Shown piece after piece: positions 1 through 12,636 of a stretch of DNA of 41,636 nucleotides; positions within the stretch are counted from its first letter, which is position 1; each line of letters starts with the position of its first letter. Made by a program: the position numbers and the translations under genes. The DNA comes from Callorhinchus milii. Lineage: Eukaryota. The notes under the pieces are model-generated. The model saw only the letters and a program-made list of their open reading frames with translations. It did not search any database and was not told where the DNA came from. The stretch spans positions 1 to 41,636 of the forward strand of contig NW_024705475.1 of NCBI RefSeq assembly GCF_018977255.1, written 5' to 3'.

Positions 1-283
1 CCATGTTAACAAGTACTGTGTGTGGTTAATGCAAACTCGATTCCTTGCAAAAGGTGTTTTGAACATCTTAACACAACTCCTGTTTTATTGACAGAAATGT
101 ATAACACCCGATTCTTATTTTTAATACTTTGATACTTGCCAAATAATGGTCCCATAATAATACAAATTTAAACACATCTGACTACCCGTAGCAACCAGCA
201 GAGTGCACAATTATTCATAACACACACACACGTGTCATTCATCACAGGTGAGCTCACACCGGCTACACTCAGTTACTTATGGC

Positions 284-752
284 ACTGCAAGGGCCCCTTT
301 GCAGCGAAATAAAAAATTAACCCGTAAAAACAAAGTTTTTCACTATAAATCCTTTATATGCGTGGCATCGGTTTTATTTAGTATTCATTTCTGTTTTTCT
401 TGAGTAAGAGTTTCATTTTTTATCACATTGGTATTTTGAAGTAAATATAAGGAAAGTCGTATATAAGGATTATAAGGTTTTCAGTTTTTGTTTATATTTA
501 ACATTTTTGTTGTTTTCTTGAATAATTTTCTGTGTTTAGGAAAAATATATGATTGTGTTAGTGAAATTTTTTTTTCCTAAAAAGTGGAAAATTTTGGAAA
601 AATTTTTTCACGAAAATAAATTGTCACGCACAACGAGTCTGTGTGCAAAATGTCAGCTCGATTGGATCACGGTAAGTGGGTTAAAAAACGACCGAAAGAT
701 TTGCACGGTCGTAAGCGCGCAAGCAAGTGAACTTAATATAAAGGATTTAAAA
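284..752 (-). mobile_element. Non-autonomous Helentron/DINE-1-like element (putative)
   Basis: Perfect 14-bp inverted repeats (TAAATCCTTTATAT 346-359 / ATATAAAGGATTTA 736-749), with a GC-rich hairpin (CTGCAAGGGCCCCTTTGCAG, 285-304) outside one of them, and no coding capacity. The architecture resembles Helentron-associated elements; the family call is inference. Confidence 0.4.
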
Positions 753-1080
753 ATATAATATTTCATACATGCCGACCCCTTATCAGTGCCCTACCTTATT
801 ACAGATCTTGTTGGTCACCCCGTGCCACTTTTCGATCTCAACGTTCATCCTCTCATAAGAGAGAAACACAAACAAATAGACAAAGAATGTTTGCATGTAT
901 TGAAACGGCTGTATGCCGTATGAACCTGAAAACTAACTTTCCCTGTAAAAGAATAACAGGGGTAACCCGTATGGGTTGACAGCTATGTTATGTAGTAATG
1001 CTGCTGCGTTGGCAGTGGTGCACAAGCACAATTAACAAACAAACAAAAACTCTAAACATTAATCAATAAATTTCTATTTA

Positions 1081-1440
1081 AAGCTTTCGTGACTGCAAGG
1101 ATTCATCTTCTTGGTTCTTTCGGTAAAGTCACGTAGAAGGGAAGTAATAAAATAATATAAATAAAACATAATAAAATAATTCTCACGACGTTTCGGCCAC
1201 AACGCAAGCAGCCGTCCTCAGGTGAAACCAGGTCTGTCGAGGCGATAGCGTCTGAATGAAACAGCACATGTGCTTGGAGCATATATATAAGCTGCGTTGG
1301 AAGGGGGGGGGAAAGGGACGCCTTGACAAAAAAATTTGCATATCAATAGGAATTTAGCATATTTATGGGAAATGCAGGTATGTGATTAGTACTACTTATG
1401 TCCGTGCATTATGCAGGATTAGCAGCATCCAAGGGAGGGG
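1081..1440 (-). mobile_element. Penelope-like element terminal (pseudo-LTR) fragment
   Basis: Inverted homologue of 22225-22533. It contains a minimal hammerhead and the end motif CTACGTGACTTTACCGAAAGA, which follows a GIY-YIG remnant at 24298-24800. Confidence 0.75.
1180..1227 (-). ncRNA. Minimal type I hammerhead ribozyme (PLE-type)
   Basis: Minus strand reads TTTCAC-CTGAGGA-C-GGCTGC..GTGGCC-GAAAC-GTC-GTGAGAA: stem I, CUGANGA core, stem II, GAAA, then a very short stem III with a GUC cleavage triplet. Confidence 0.75.
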
Positions 1441-1658
1441 ATATGGGAAATGCAGGTATGTGATTAGTACTACTTATGCCCGTGCATTATGCAGGATTAG
1501 CAGCATCAAAGGGAGAGGATATGGGAAATGCAGGTATGTGATTAGTACTAATTGTGTCCCTGCATTATGCAGGATTAGCAGCATCAAAGGGAGGGGATAT
1601 GGGAAATGCAGGTATGTGATCAGCGCTACTTTGCCCGTGCATTATGCAGGATTAGCAG
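1364..1658. repeat. 78-bp tandem repeat, about 3.8 copies
   Basis: TATGGGAAATGCAGGTATGTGAT recurs at 1364, 1442, 1520 and 1598. The unit is single-copy in the homologue near 22225-22300. Confidence 0.95.
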
Positions 1659-1659
1659 G

Positions 1660-1827
1660 TCCTTGAGGGGGGGGCCCCGGGGGATCGTAACGCCGAACCA
1701 GCCCCCCCAGGGTGTCTGGCTCGGACGTCGCAGAGGGCATCTCCCTGTGCACACACGTAGCCCCGCCTACTGTGTTTCTTCCCCATAGGCTGCCATGCAT
1801 AACGGCCCTCTATCTAACATCCCTACA
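1660..1827 (-). repeat. Truncated 3' LTR (U3 portion only)
   Basis: Matches 7966-8133 except for homopolymer lengths. It starts TGTAGGG on the minus strand directly after the PPT. Confidence 0.93.
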
Positions 1828-1839
1828 TCACTCCCCCCC
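1828..1839 (-). other. Polypurine tract
   Basis: GGGGGGGAGTGA on the minus strand immediately upstream of the 3' LTR. Confidence 0.85.
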
Positions 1840-2252
1840 ACATAGCTCGCAGCCGTCCCGGCTGCAACAATTAACACAACGAATCTTTACCCCTTGACCC
1901 CCCCCGTGTGCCCCATTTTTTCATTAACAGAACGAGTTTTGAACAAACAATACTAACAATGCCCCTAAAGGGAGAACAAACCGACGCGCCCCCCCCCGAA
2001 TAAATACGAAATCCGTAGAGGCAAGGTATGTACATTTCCCGGAACCCTCGGCGCACACACAACACGCACACAAGACACACACACACCCACAGCCGTAATA
2101 TAACAACGCGCCAAGAGCGCCACGCGACCGCGGCGCCCAGTAACCGTAGCACACGAAAGTGTACCAAAAAACGCCAAGAAAAAAAAAAAAATAAAAAAAA
2201 AGTATTTTCTCAATTTCGTTTCGTTTCCAGTTCTTCTTCGCGTTCCAGTGTT

Positions 2253-5200
2253 TTATAAGAGTCTGCGCATCTTAGCGCGCGTCCTTGCCGCAGGCCCGTC
2301 ACAAGGGCCAACCTCAGATGGCGGACCACTCGGTGGCCGCGGTCCCATCCGAGGCGAGTCCGCAATTGGAGCGGCGGGACCCTTGGCATCCCCCGTGAGG
2401 GACGTGCGCGAGCCCGTCATTCCGGGAGAACCTGGGGGCGGGGCAACCGGCAAGGCGTCAGGTGAGATCAACAGAGGCGGACCCTCCGGGTCGGTCGACC
2501 CCTCACATGCTTGGCCCTGCGCGTGTGGAGCAGAGCCCCGCACCGCAACGAAGGGTTTTAGTCTGGAGGGGTGAACGAACCACCGGCGCCTCCCCCACTT
2601 GATACGAACGCACTGCGGTCGCAAAACCTCGACCACCTCGACGGGCCCCGCCATGGCCGTACCAGTTTCGAGGAGGTCGCAAGCGGTACCTGGGGACAGT
2701 GCAGCCATGCCCTGTCCCCTGGCTTCCACTGCAGCACGTGCGCGCGCGCGAGCCTGAGGCGCTCGTTCGCCTTTTGGCGCATGCGGGAATTGAGCATGGC
2801 AGCGTCCCGCGCCTCAGTTAGCTTTTGAAGGTTAAATTTAACGTGCTCGTCCAATTTTATCTTACCTAGAGGCGCGGGGATCTGCAGCTGCGCCCGAACA
2901 GGTGGGTCATGTTCGCGACCATACATGAGAAAGAAGGGTGAAAATCCCGTGGCAGCATGGGGGGCCAATCGATATGCTGCCAGGACCCCTGAATTTGCAA
3001 GTCCCAATTGGTCTGTGACTCCGAAACCAGGTGCGACAACATAGACGTGATGGTACGATGCAGACGCTCGACCATCCCGTCAGTTTGTGGGTGATAGGGA
3101 GAGGTACGAATCTTTTTTGTACCTAGGAGATCACAGACTTGTTTGAGGAGGTTTCCGGAAAAATTTTTACCCTGGTCGGTCAGCAGCCGCTCAGGGCACC
3201 TTTGTCCATGACGTAGCCTTGGACAAAGGCGTCCACGATGGCTGCTGCCGACTGATTTGCCAGGGGCCAGGCCATAGGCCAGCGTGTGAAGTATTCGACC
3301 CCTGTTAGCAAATATCTATTGCCCCTAGGGGTGGCGGGAAACGGCCCCAGGATATCCAACGCCACGAGTTCGTTCACCCTGGAGACTGTGATGGACTGCA
3401 ACGGCGGGTTCGACTCCCGAGCTGGTGGTTTGCGTTGCGCACACCGGGGGCATGCTGCCAGCAGATCCGTGACATCCCGTGTCATGCCCGGCCAAAAAAA
3501 ATCCAGCTGGAGCGAGGCGAGGGTCTTTTGGGTACCCAGGTGGAGGAGGCGCTCATGAGCAGCCCACACCACCTTACCCCGTAACCCCTCAGGAACTACC
3601 AGCCGGTGACGGTGGGATTTACCGTCCCAATGCATGAGCAAGCCAGCGTGTATTTCCCAATTGTCGGCATCACCCGTCCCGCACCCCCTCTCTCTAGCGC
3701 GACGACGCAGCGCGAGGAGGGAGGCGTCCTCCATCTGGAGGCGTCCCCACTCAATCACAGGCAACCCAAGCAGGGAATCCCTTCCCTGTTTCCCGATCTC
3801 ATCGGGGAGCAATGTGTCAACATCGGCGGCGGCCGCCAGGACTGGAACCGTCATGTCCCCAGCTGGCTTGCAACGCCCCGACCCCAGGAGGCATGCGCAT
3901 TCGGAGGTGGTGGGCATGCGCGACAGAGCGTCCGCATTTGTGTGGCGAATGCCCTTACGATAGGTGGTGTCAAAATCGAATTCCTGGAGGACCTCCAGCC
4001 ATCGGGACAATTGTCCCGATGGCTGTTGAACCTTCAGGGCGTACTGCAGTGCCGCATGATCCGTACGGACAGTGAAATGCTGACCGTACAGATATGGGCG
4101 GTACTGTTGGATGAAGAAAACAATTGCCAACAGTTCCCTACGGGTGACACAATATTTTTGCTCCGCTGGAGACAACACCCGACTGCCGTACGCAACCACC
4201 CGTTCCACGCCATCAACCACCTGGGAAAGCACGCCTCCGATACCTGTGTTGCTCGCGTCGGTGTCGAGCAAAAATGGCCTCGAAAAATCGGGGTAAATCA
4301 AAGGAGGAGCCTTCACCAATGCATCCCGAAGGGAGCAGAAAGCTACTTCCTCATCCCGACCCCAGTGGAACCGAACCCCTTTTGATGTCAAAGCATGTAG
4401 GGGTTTGGCAATTGTAGCAAAATTAGGGACGAACCGTCGGTAATATGAAGCGAAGCCAATAAAACTCCTCACCTCTCCCACCGAGGTCGGAATTGGCCAG
4501 GAGCTGACACACTGCGTTTTGGCGGGATCGGTAGCAATACCCGAGCGCCCCACGATGTGCCCCAAATAACGCACTGACTCGCGAAACAAATAGCATTTTT
4601 GGGGCTTAAATTTCAAATTAGCAGCCCGCATCCTTTGGAAAACCGCCCGCAGCCTCTGGAGATGTTCGTCAAAGGTTCTTCCAAAAACAATCACGTCGTC
4701 CAAATAAATCAGGCACGATTCCCATTGCAATCCAGCCAAAACCAATTCCATCAATCGCTGGAAGGTTGCCGGCGCTGAGTGTAAGCCCATCGGCAACCGG
4801 TTGAATTGGAACAGGCCGTGCGGTGTACGGAAAGCGGTTTTAGGTTTCGAGTCATCGTCCAGAGGAAGCTGCCAGAATCCCGAAAGTAAATCTAGCGTGG
4901 AGAAGAATCGCGCTCCCGCCAAGGCGTCCAGCGATTCGTCCATCCGTGGGAGCGGGTATGCGTCGGCAACCGAAACCTTATTAAGGCGACGGAAATCTAC
5001 GCAAAATCGCAACGAGCCATCCTGTTTCTTAACCAGGACAATCGGTGCTCCCCAAGGGCTGGTAGAGGGAGAGATAATGTCGGCGGCTAACATGTCATTT
5101 ACAGCCGATTTGACATGTTCCTTTTCGGCGGGACTCAACCGAAAAGGATTTTGGCGAATAGGCGCGCTGTCACCCGTGTCAATATGGTGACGCAGCAGGT

Positions 5201-5735
5201 GAGTACAACCCAAATCGTATTTATTCCGACTGAAAACGTCGGAAAATTCCTTTAGCAGCGATCTAAGCCGTTGGCGCTCTAAATTGGACAGGTTCGTCGA
5301 TCCCGCACAAAGCGCGTCGAGCCACCCTTCATCGCCGTCCGAATGCGGGTGCGTCCGAGCAGCAGTGTCAATGTGGTTCACGGCAGGTTCCTCGCAGGGC
5401 ACCGGCGTCGCGTGAGCGAGCACAGTCCCTTGGGGAACCACTACTGTCTGCGACCCGACATTGAGGACCGCGATGAAGGGATCCTCGTCCCCCCTTACGA
5501 TGGTCTGGGCCGGAATTAAATGAGGCCCGTTAACCCCGGCCCTAGACGGCCCCAGCACAACACCCTGATCCCCAACACCCTTAGCGAAGGGCCTACGAAG
5601 TTTAAGAGGTACCAGCATTTGTGCCCCGGCGGCACACGCACTGTTTTTACGACGAACGCCGGTACCGTCGCAAACGCCGTCCGAGTCGCTACAGGGGAAG
5701 GCAGGAACGCCATACGTCGCCCGACGGAAGCTCAA
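2253..5735 (-). pseudogene. pol: Gypsy pol: reverse transcriptase, RNase H, integrase (frameshifted in integrase)
   Basis: RT motifs LRFCVDFRRLN, PMGL and YLDD; RNase H motifs DAS, RELLA, TDH and NADALSR; integrase HHCC (HERLLHLG..CPRC), LDILGP and MVERLHRT; GPY/F-like WRGP. Split across ORFs 3180-5735, 2866-3075, 2558-3007 and 2253-2729. Confidence 0.95.
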
Positions 5736-7540
5736 TGCATCCTTGGTCGATCAAAATACGAATTGGCATCCTGCCCAAGAAGTCCGTCCCCAGCAGGCAC
5801 GGAACCGCCAGCGAGGAGGAGACAAAAATCGGCCCCGACAATTTGATGTCCCCGATAGAAATTTGCGCCCGAATCTGTCCCACGATGCCGAGGGAGCCCC
5901 CGTTAGCGGCATAGAAAGGGACATTAACCGGTAGCAGAGGACGGCTCTGCACCGGTAGGATATTGTAAATTAGTTCCGAAATAATTGTCGCCGATGCCCC
6001 TGTATCGACTATGATGCGTACCTCCACCCCATCAATGTAACCCACCACGGCCGACGATCCCGACGCCGCGGCCACCACGCGATGGGCCAACACGGACCAC
6101 CGCTCGGGCTCGATTTGAGTCCCCGCAGTGATCCGCGCCGGTCCATCGCAGCGCCCCACCGGCCCCCCGTTCGTTACGGTGCGAGAGTGTGCGACAGGTG
6201 GGTGCGTTGGCCAAACATGTGAGGTGCCGCGACTCGCCGGATCATGGTGCTGAAGCTTGGGAGGAGGAAGAGGAGGGCCGGCGTCCCGTCGAGGCGTCGT
6301 CCCCCGCTGTCGAGGAGAACGGCACCCCGAGGCGACATGGCCCCGGATGCCGCAGTTGAAGCACCGCGGGAGCGCCGATGGAGACGATGGACGGTCGAAC
6401 CGCCTCGCCCCGTCTCGACCCGGCCGCGCCCCCGTTGTCTGTTGCCGTCGATGGTCGACGGCATAAAGGTCTTCTGACGGAAGGGTGGCTGCAGCCACCG
6501 CACGCCCAGCCGATGCCCTGTTCGCCTTTCGCCGCTGCTGCAGAAGATTGGCGTGGAGGAGTCGCGCAGCCTGGAGGGAGGTCATTTCTGCATCCTCTTG
6601 TGCGATGACGACAATGTCGAGGTCGTCCGCCAAGAGGAGGATCTTCTCCGCGACCATTGCGTCCACACCGTCGTCGTCCATGCGGGGAAAGGCCGTTTTT
6701 GCCAGCGCCAGAAGACTTGTCCGGAAAGCCAGAGGCGACTCTTTTTCACCCCGCCTGCGGTCGTAGAACTGCTGACGGCATTCGGCTGAAGGTCCATAGA
6801 CCCCGGCCAGCAGCTGTAGCGCCATTTGTAGTGTAGCCCGCTTTTCTTTTGGCGCCGACGTGAGCGCGGCGAGCGCGTCCCCGTCGAGGAGCGCCGGTAG
6901 CGCGCAAAGGGCCTCCTCGTCGGACCACCGCGCCATCTCCTGATGGGCTAGGAATCGTCGCCGGAAGCCGCCCCAGTCACCCTCCGCAGCGATGAATTCT
7001 TCAGCGGGGGCAGTCTTTGGTGAAGCGCGGCGGTCGATGTAGACTCCCGCAGGTTGCTTTCACCTCCCTCTGGCGGTGCCTCGGCGCGACTGGCCGATGG
7101 CATCGCCTGTCGCGGCAGCAATGACGCATCCCTCGGCTGTGATGACGCTGCAGCCCCGGCGACGGCGATGTCGGAGCCGATGTCTAAGCTGGCCACGCCC
7201 CGAACAGCCGCGGCGTCCATGGCGGGAAATTCAAAATTTGAAGTAGCTGAAATGGCGGGAAAGTGCTCCGGCCGCCGGTTCTCCTCGCCCTGCGGTGGAC
7301 CACCAGCCCCCAACCGCGTAATGCCTTCCAGTGTGGCGGCAGCGGCATAAAGTAACTCCGCCAATCGTTCGTGAGCCAGTCGTAGTGCATCCGGCTGCGG
7401 CCCCTCTCCTGCTGACGTCCCGGTGAGAAGGCGCCAGGCTCCGGCTGCACCCCATCTTGTTGCTCTGTCTCGGGCTCGGCGATCTCCGCGGCGTCCTCCT
7501 CTCGTGGTACCCTGGTCCGAGCTGTATGGCGCGTTTCCAT
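5689..7540 (-). pseudogene. gag: Gypsy gag (CCHC zinc knuckle) and aspartic protease, frameshifted
   Basis: ATG at 7540 just after the PBS (METRHTAR...). ORF 5689-6936 has CFNCGIRGHVASGC and the protease motif IIVDTGASATII. Confidence 0.9.
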
Positions 7541-7545
7541 TTTTA

Positions 7546-7560
7546 CCACTTCTGACGCCA
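7546..7560 (-). other. Primer binding site, tRNA-Leu-like
   Basis: TGGCGTCAGAAGTGG lies 2 nt after the LTR-terminal CA and resembles the complement of the tRNA-Leu(CAA) 3' end. Confidence 0.8.
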
Positions 7561-7562
7561 GA

Positions 7563-8133
7563 TGAAGTACCCGTCGAAGACGCTTGACAACGGAGTTGAG
7601 GCACACGTATATTTATTTAACAAGTTGCCAGTACAGGACAGCACTAGAGGGGGTAGCGGCCCCCTCACCCGTATAACTCAGGGAAGCCCCTAGCTATCCA
7701 TAGCCTATCCCCTGGTCCTCCTACTAAGAGCTAGGGGAGGCTGTCTGGCCCGACACTGGTAATCGGGCTTCGGTACCCGGAGTCCCAGAGCACTGGCTCT
7801 GGTTCACGGGACCACGCCACTGGCTCGTGCCTGATCCCGTGGGGCCCTGATAAGGGCGGCGATCAGGGGGAGTCCAGGGCTCTAGCTACGACGTCTTCCG
7901 ACTTCTTAGCTTAACTATAACATAACTGACTAAACCCATATGACGACCCCTTTTATACCCGACCCTCCTTGAGGGGGGGCCCCGGGGGATCGTAACGCCG
8001 AACCAGCCCCCCCCAGGGTGTCTGGCTCGGACGTCGCAGAGGGCATCTCCCTGTGCACACACGTAGCCCCGCCTACTGTGTTTCTTCCCCATAGGCTGCC
8101 ATGCATAACGGCCCTCTATCTAACATCCCTACA
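7563..8133 (-). repeat. 5' LTR (571 bp, TG...CA)
   Basis: TGTAGGG...CTTCA on the minus strand, with a TATA box (GGTATAAAAG, about 7950-7959) and AATAAA (about 7613-7618). Confidence 0.93.
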
Positions 8134-8149
8134 CATACAACAGAGGAAG

Positions 8150-8597
8150 TGGTATCTATTGACTCTGTAGTAGTATCTACTGACTGTACTGTAGTATCTA
8201 CTGAGCCAGTAGTAGCTACTGACTGTGTAGTAGTATTTAGTGATTGTAATAACTACTGACCATAGTAGTATTTACTGGGCCTACAGTAGTATCTACCGAC
8301 TATATACTCGTAACGACTAACTGTATAGTATCTGCTGACTCTATAGTTGTATCCACTGACTATAGTAGTAACTACAAAATCTATAGCAGTATCTACTCAC
8401 TCTATAATAGTATCTACTGACTCTAGTAGCTACTCACCGTAGCAGTATGTACTGACTGTATAGTAGTATATACTGACTGTAGCAGTATTGACTGACTGTA
8501 GTGGTATATACTGACTGTTTTAGTATTTACTATAGCGGTATCTACCAACTCGATAGCAGTATCTACTATCACTACAGCAGTGTATACCGACTGAGGT
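8150..8597. repeat. Degenerate minisatellite (GTAGTATCTACTGACT core)
   Basis: Many imperfect units of roughly 20 bp. Confidence 0.85.
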
Positions 8598-8850
8598 CGT
8601 ACCTGCTATGATTACAGCAGTGCATACTGCTGTGTTGGTACCTGTGATTGACAGCAGTGCATATTGTGGTGGTACCTGCTATGATTACAGCAGTGCATAC
8701 TGCTGTGTTGGTACCTGCTATGATTACAGCAGTGCATACTGACTGTGTTGGTACCTGCTATGATTACAGCAGTGCATACTGCTGTGGTGGTATCTGCTAT
8801 GATGAGAGGAGTACATATTGTGGTGGTGGTACCTGGTATGATATTGACTG
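8598..8850. repeat. Minisatellite, about 39-bp unit
   Basis: GTACCTGCTATGATTACAGCAGTGCATACTGCTGTGTTG repeated about 6 times. Confidence 0.9.
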
Positions 8851-8859
8851 TACTCATCA

Positions 8860-10596
8860 TTCACCCTCACCATTCACCACTCACAACTCACCCTTACCAC
8901 TCATCCTCACCACTCACCACTCCCACTCACTATTCACCATTTACCCTCACAACTCACCACTCACCAATCTCCCTCACCAATCTCCCTCACCAATCTCCCT
9001 CACCACTCACCCTCACCACTAACCCTCACCACTAACCCTCACCACTCTCCCTCACCACTCTCCCTCACCATTCACCCTCACCATTCAGCCTCACCACTCA
9101 CCCTCACCACTCACCGTCACAACCACCACTCACCATCACCACACAACCTCACCCTCACTACTCACCATTCATCCTAACCAATCACCACTGACCAATCACC
9201 ACTCACCACTCTCCACTAACCCTCACCACTCAAGCTCACCACTCACCCTCAAAACTAACCACTCTCTCACCACTCACCCTCACCACTCAGCACTCAGCAC
9301 TCACCCTCACCACTCACCCTCACCACTCACGCTCACCACTCACCCCTCACCACTCACCCATCACCACTCACAACCGCCACTCACCCTCACCAATCACCCT
9401 CCCCACTCACCCTCACAACAACCACTCACCCTCACCGCTCACCACTCACCCTGACTACTCACCACTCATCCTCACCAATCACACCCTCACCAATCACCAC
9501 TCACCCGCACTGCTCACCCTCACCACTCACCACTCACGCTCACCCTCACCACTCACCCCTCACTAATCACCACTCATAACCGCCACTCACCCTCACCACT
9601 CAACACTCACCCTCACCACTCACCCTCACCACTCACTCTCACTACTCACCACTCATCCTCACCAATCACACCCTCAACAATCACCACTCACCCTCACCAC
9701 TCACGCTCACCACTCACCCTCACCACTCACTCTCACCACTCACCACTCACCCTCACAACAACCACTCACCCTCACCACTCACCCTCACTACTCACCTCAC
9801 CACTCACCACTCATCCTCACCAATCACACCCTCACCAATTACCACTCACCCTCACTGCTCACCCTCACCGCTCACCACTCACCCTCACCACTCAACCTCA
9901 CCCTCACCCCTCACTAATCACCACTCACAACCGCCACTCACCCTCCCCACTCACCCTCACTACTCACCACTCATCCTCACCAATCACACCCTCACCAATC
10001 ACCACTCACCCTCACCACTTGCCACTCACCCTCACCACTCACCCTCACCATTCACCCTCACCACTCTCCCTCACCACTCACCAGTCATGCTCACCACTCA
10101 CCATCACTACTCACCACTCACCCTCAACACTCACCCTCACCGCTCACCACTCACCCTCACCGCTCACCACTCACCCTCACCACTCAACCTCCCCTCACCA
10201 CTCAACCTCACCCTCACCCCTCACTAATCACCACTCACAACCGCCACTCACCCTCCCCACTCACCCTCACTACTCACCACTCATCCTCACCAATCACACC
10301 CTCACCAATCACCACTCACCCTCACCACTTGCCACTCACCCTCACCACTCACCCTCACCATTCACCCTCACCACTCTCCCTCACCACTCACCAGTCATGC
10401 TCACCACTCACCATCACTACTCACCACTCACCTTCAACACTCGCCCTCACCGCTCACCACTCACCCTCACCACTCACCCTGACCACTCACTACTCATCCT
10501 AACCAATCACACCCTCACCAATCACCACTCACCCTCACTGCTCACCCTCACTGCTCACCCTCACCACTCACCCTCACAACAACCATTCACCCTCAC
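8860..10596. repeat. C/A-rich satellite (CACCACTCACCCT-type) with a 310-bp higher-order duplication
   Basis: About 1.7 kb of TCACCAC/TCACCC units. The block starting at 9891 recurs at 10201. Confidence 0.95.
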
Positions 10597-10905
10597 TACC
10601 AAAAACTACACATGTGTTAGTCTCTGGGTAGTAAGTGTTATTTTCTATACGCTGACATCTCAAAAGTTACAAATGGGAGAAAATTCCCCTCAAACTTAAT
10701 TGTTTTTGACACGGACAGTGATATTTACAAATGGAGCTATTTTGCTAGGAGAAAACGTGTGCATTTGTGTAATTCTTTCCTTTATATAAAGTTCTGGTCA
10801 CAAAAGCAACATGTATGGGGAATAATAGCCATCTTATATACTTAGGAGGCTTAAGCAATATAAAAATAACACTTTTTACCCAGGGAAAAATCGTGGTGCA
10901 TAGTG
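10597..10905. mobile_element. Chapaev3-derived MITE
   Basis: CTGGGTAGTAAGTGTTATTT and TTCTGGTCACAAAAGCAA...GGGAATAATAGCCAT...AATAACACTT...TAGTG match both TIRs of the element at 28204-30446. Confidence 0.7.
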
Positions 10906-11146
10906 TATATTTACTATCATCAAACATAACTTAATCCCTAGCATCTTTTAATATATAAGAGTGATACAAAATAGTAAACATAAATATTTAAATGTTTTAA
11001 CTGAGCTGTGAAGTTGCGTGACTAACCTCGTAGCTTTTCGATGGGAATAAGAATCTCCGCGATTGGTTGACGATATCGGTGAGGGTGGGGGGAAGGTAAA
11101 CACGCCCACTCGTGACATCCCCCCCACCGAACACGGAGCAACGCCG

Positions 11147-11426
11147 CGAGTGTGTGCGAGTCTGAGAGTGTGAGTCTGTCTGAGTGTGTGCGAGTCTGAA
11201 AGTGTGAGAGCGAGTGTATGTGTGAGTCTGAGTGTTAGAGTGAGTCTGTGTGTGTGAGTCTGAGTGTGAGAGTGAGTTTGTGTGTGAGTGTATGTGTGTG
11301 TGTGTGAGAGTGAGTGTATGTGTGTGAGTCTGAGAGTGTGAGAGTGGAGTGTATGTGTGTGTGTGAGTCTGAGAGTGTGTGTGTGTGAGTCTGAGAGAGT
11401 GAGTGGTGAGTCTGAGAGTGTGAGAG
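11147..11426. repeat. Compound (GT/GA) microsatellite with GAGTCTGA units
   Basis: Seen directly. Confidence 0.95.
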
Positions 11427-11556
11427 TAAACATAATCTCATTGAATATCGCCCGTACTGAGAGTGCAAATGTGAGAAGCTGGAGCGAAAGTGTCAAGAGA
11501 TTTATTTATTTAAATAAAAAAAGTTGTCAAAAATTGTAAATATTAAAAACATTTTT

Positions 11557-11979
11557 TACCAAAAACTACACATGTGTTAGTACCTGGGTAGTAAGGGTTA
11601 TTTTCTATACGCTTACATCTCAAAAGTTACAAATTGGAGAAAATTCCCCTCAAACTTAGTTTTTGAGACACAGACAGTGACCAAAATTTTAATCGTAAAA
11701 ATAGATATATTTTTTTACCAAAAACTACACATGTGTTAGTCTCTGGGTAGTAAGTGTTATTTTCTATACGCAGACATCTCAAAAGTTACAAATGGGAGAA
11801 AATTCCCCTCAAACTTTATTTTTTTTGACACGGACAGTGATATTTACAAATGGAGCTATTTTGCTAGGAAAAACCTGTGCATTTGTGTAATTCTTTCCTT
11901 TATATAAAGTTCTGGTCACAAAAGCAACATGTATGGGGAATAATAGCCATCTTATATACTTAGGAGGCTTAAGCAATAT
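11557..11979. mobile_element. Two further partial copies of the Chapaev3-derived MITE
   Basis: About 11557-11680 and 11717-11979 repeat 10597-10860 at high identity. Confidence 0.7.
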
Positions 11980-12086
11980 GTATTTTCCCCCGGGCAACGC
12001 TGGGTATATCGAGTTTATACCACAAAGTCGTCGCCTGACAGAGTTGCGTGTCGAGGCCTAGTACCGTGCAGAGCCTCCGGCCTCGC

Positions 12087-12636
12087 CTAGATTGCCCACC
12101 CGGCTGAGGGTGGGTACTGGGGCCGTTACGCCCCCCCCCCCCGCGCTACAATAATACTGTCTAATCGCTATAATTTTATTATCTACCGACCCTATAATAG
12201 TAATTGCACACATTGGGGTGGAAGGGGAGTGAAGAGGACGTGAAACTTTGATGAATTTACCTCAGAGTCGCGTCTTAATGCGTGCGCATATTTGTAACGG
12301 GAATTAAAAATGGCGTCCACCCCGCAGCGAAGTTGTTGCTACCCGTTGCCAGGGGCAACCGCCGTGGTCCGCGCCGGCCGGCAATATCAAATAAATAAAT
12401 AAATAATTATATAACTAAATAAAGAGCAATCGCACTAAATCGATAATCGGTCCGATTTAAAGTTTAGAGACGAAAAATCGGAAATGCCTAAGTTTACCGC
12501 GGGCCGGGGGCGTGCCCACCTGCAAAATTTAATCTCGGCGAACCCCACGGTCCGAGAGCTAAATCCCCCGGAAGGGAGCGTACGCAGACGGACAAACAGA
12601 CAGACAGACAGACAAAAATGAATTATATAGGTTAGA
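12087..12636 (-). mobile_element. Non-autonomous Helitron-like element (putative)
   Basis: Minus strand starts A|TC followed by (GTCT)n, and ends with the hairpin CCCACCC-TCAGCC-GGGTGGG then CTAG. The base after CTAG is G rather than the expected T. Confidence 0.45.

Larger units (their letters stand above)
1660..8133 (-). mobile_element. Gypsy/Ty3 LTR retrotransposon, near full length, 3' LTR truncated
   Basis: 5' LTR, PBS, gag-PR-RT-RNaseH-IN in Gypsy order, polypurine tract and a partial 3' LTR. Confidence 0.97.

Noticed and set aside
1364..1658. CRISPR-like array or repeat protein (ORF 1382-1666)
   Set aside because: The units are contiguous with no unique spacers, there are no cas genes, and the context is eukaryotic.
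2248..7350. Many plus-strand ORFs over the Gypsy element (and similar ones over the HERO-like units)
   Set aside because: Antisense shadows of GC-rich coding sequence with no recognisable motifs.
8612..11539. His/Thr/Pro-rich ORFs
   Set aside because: They are translations of satellites.
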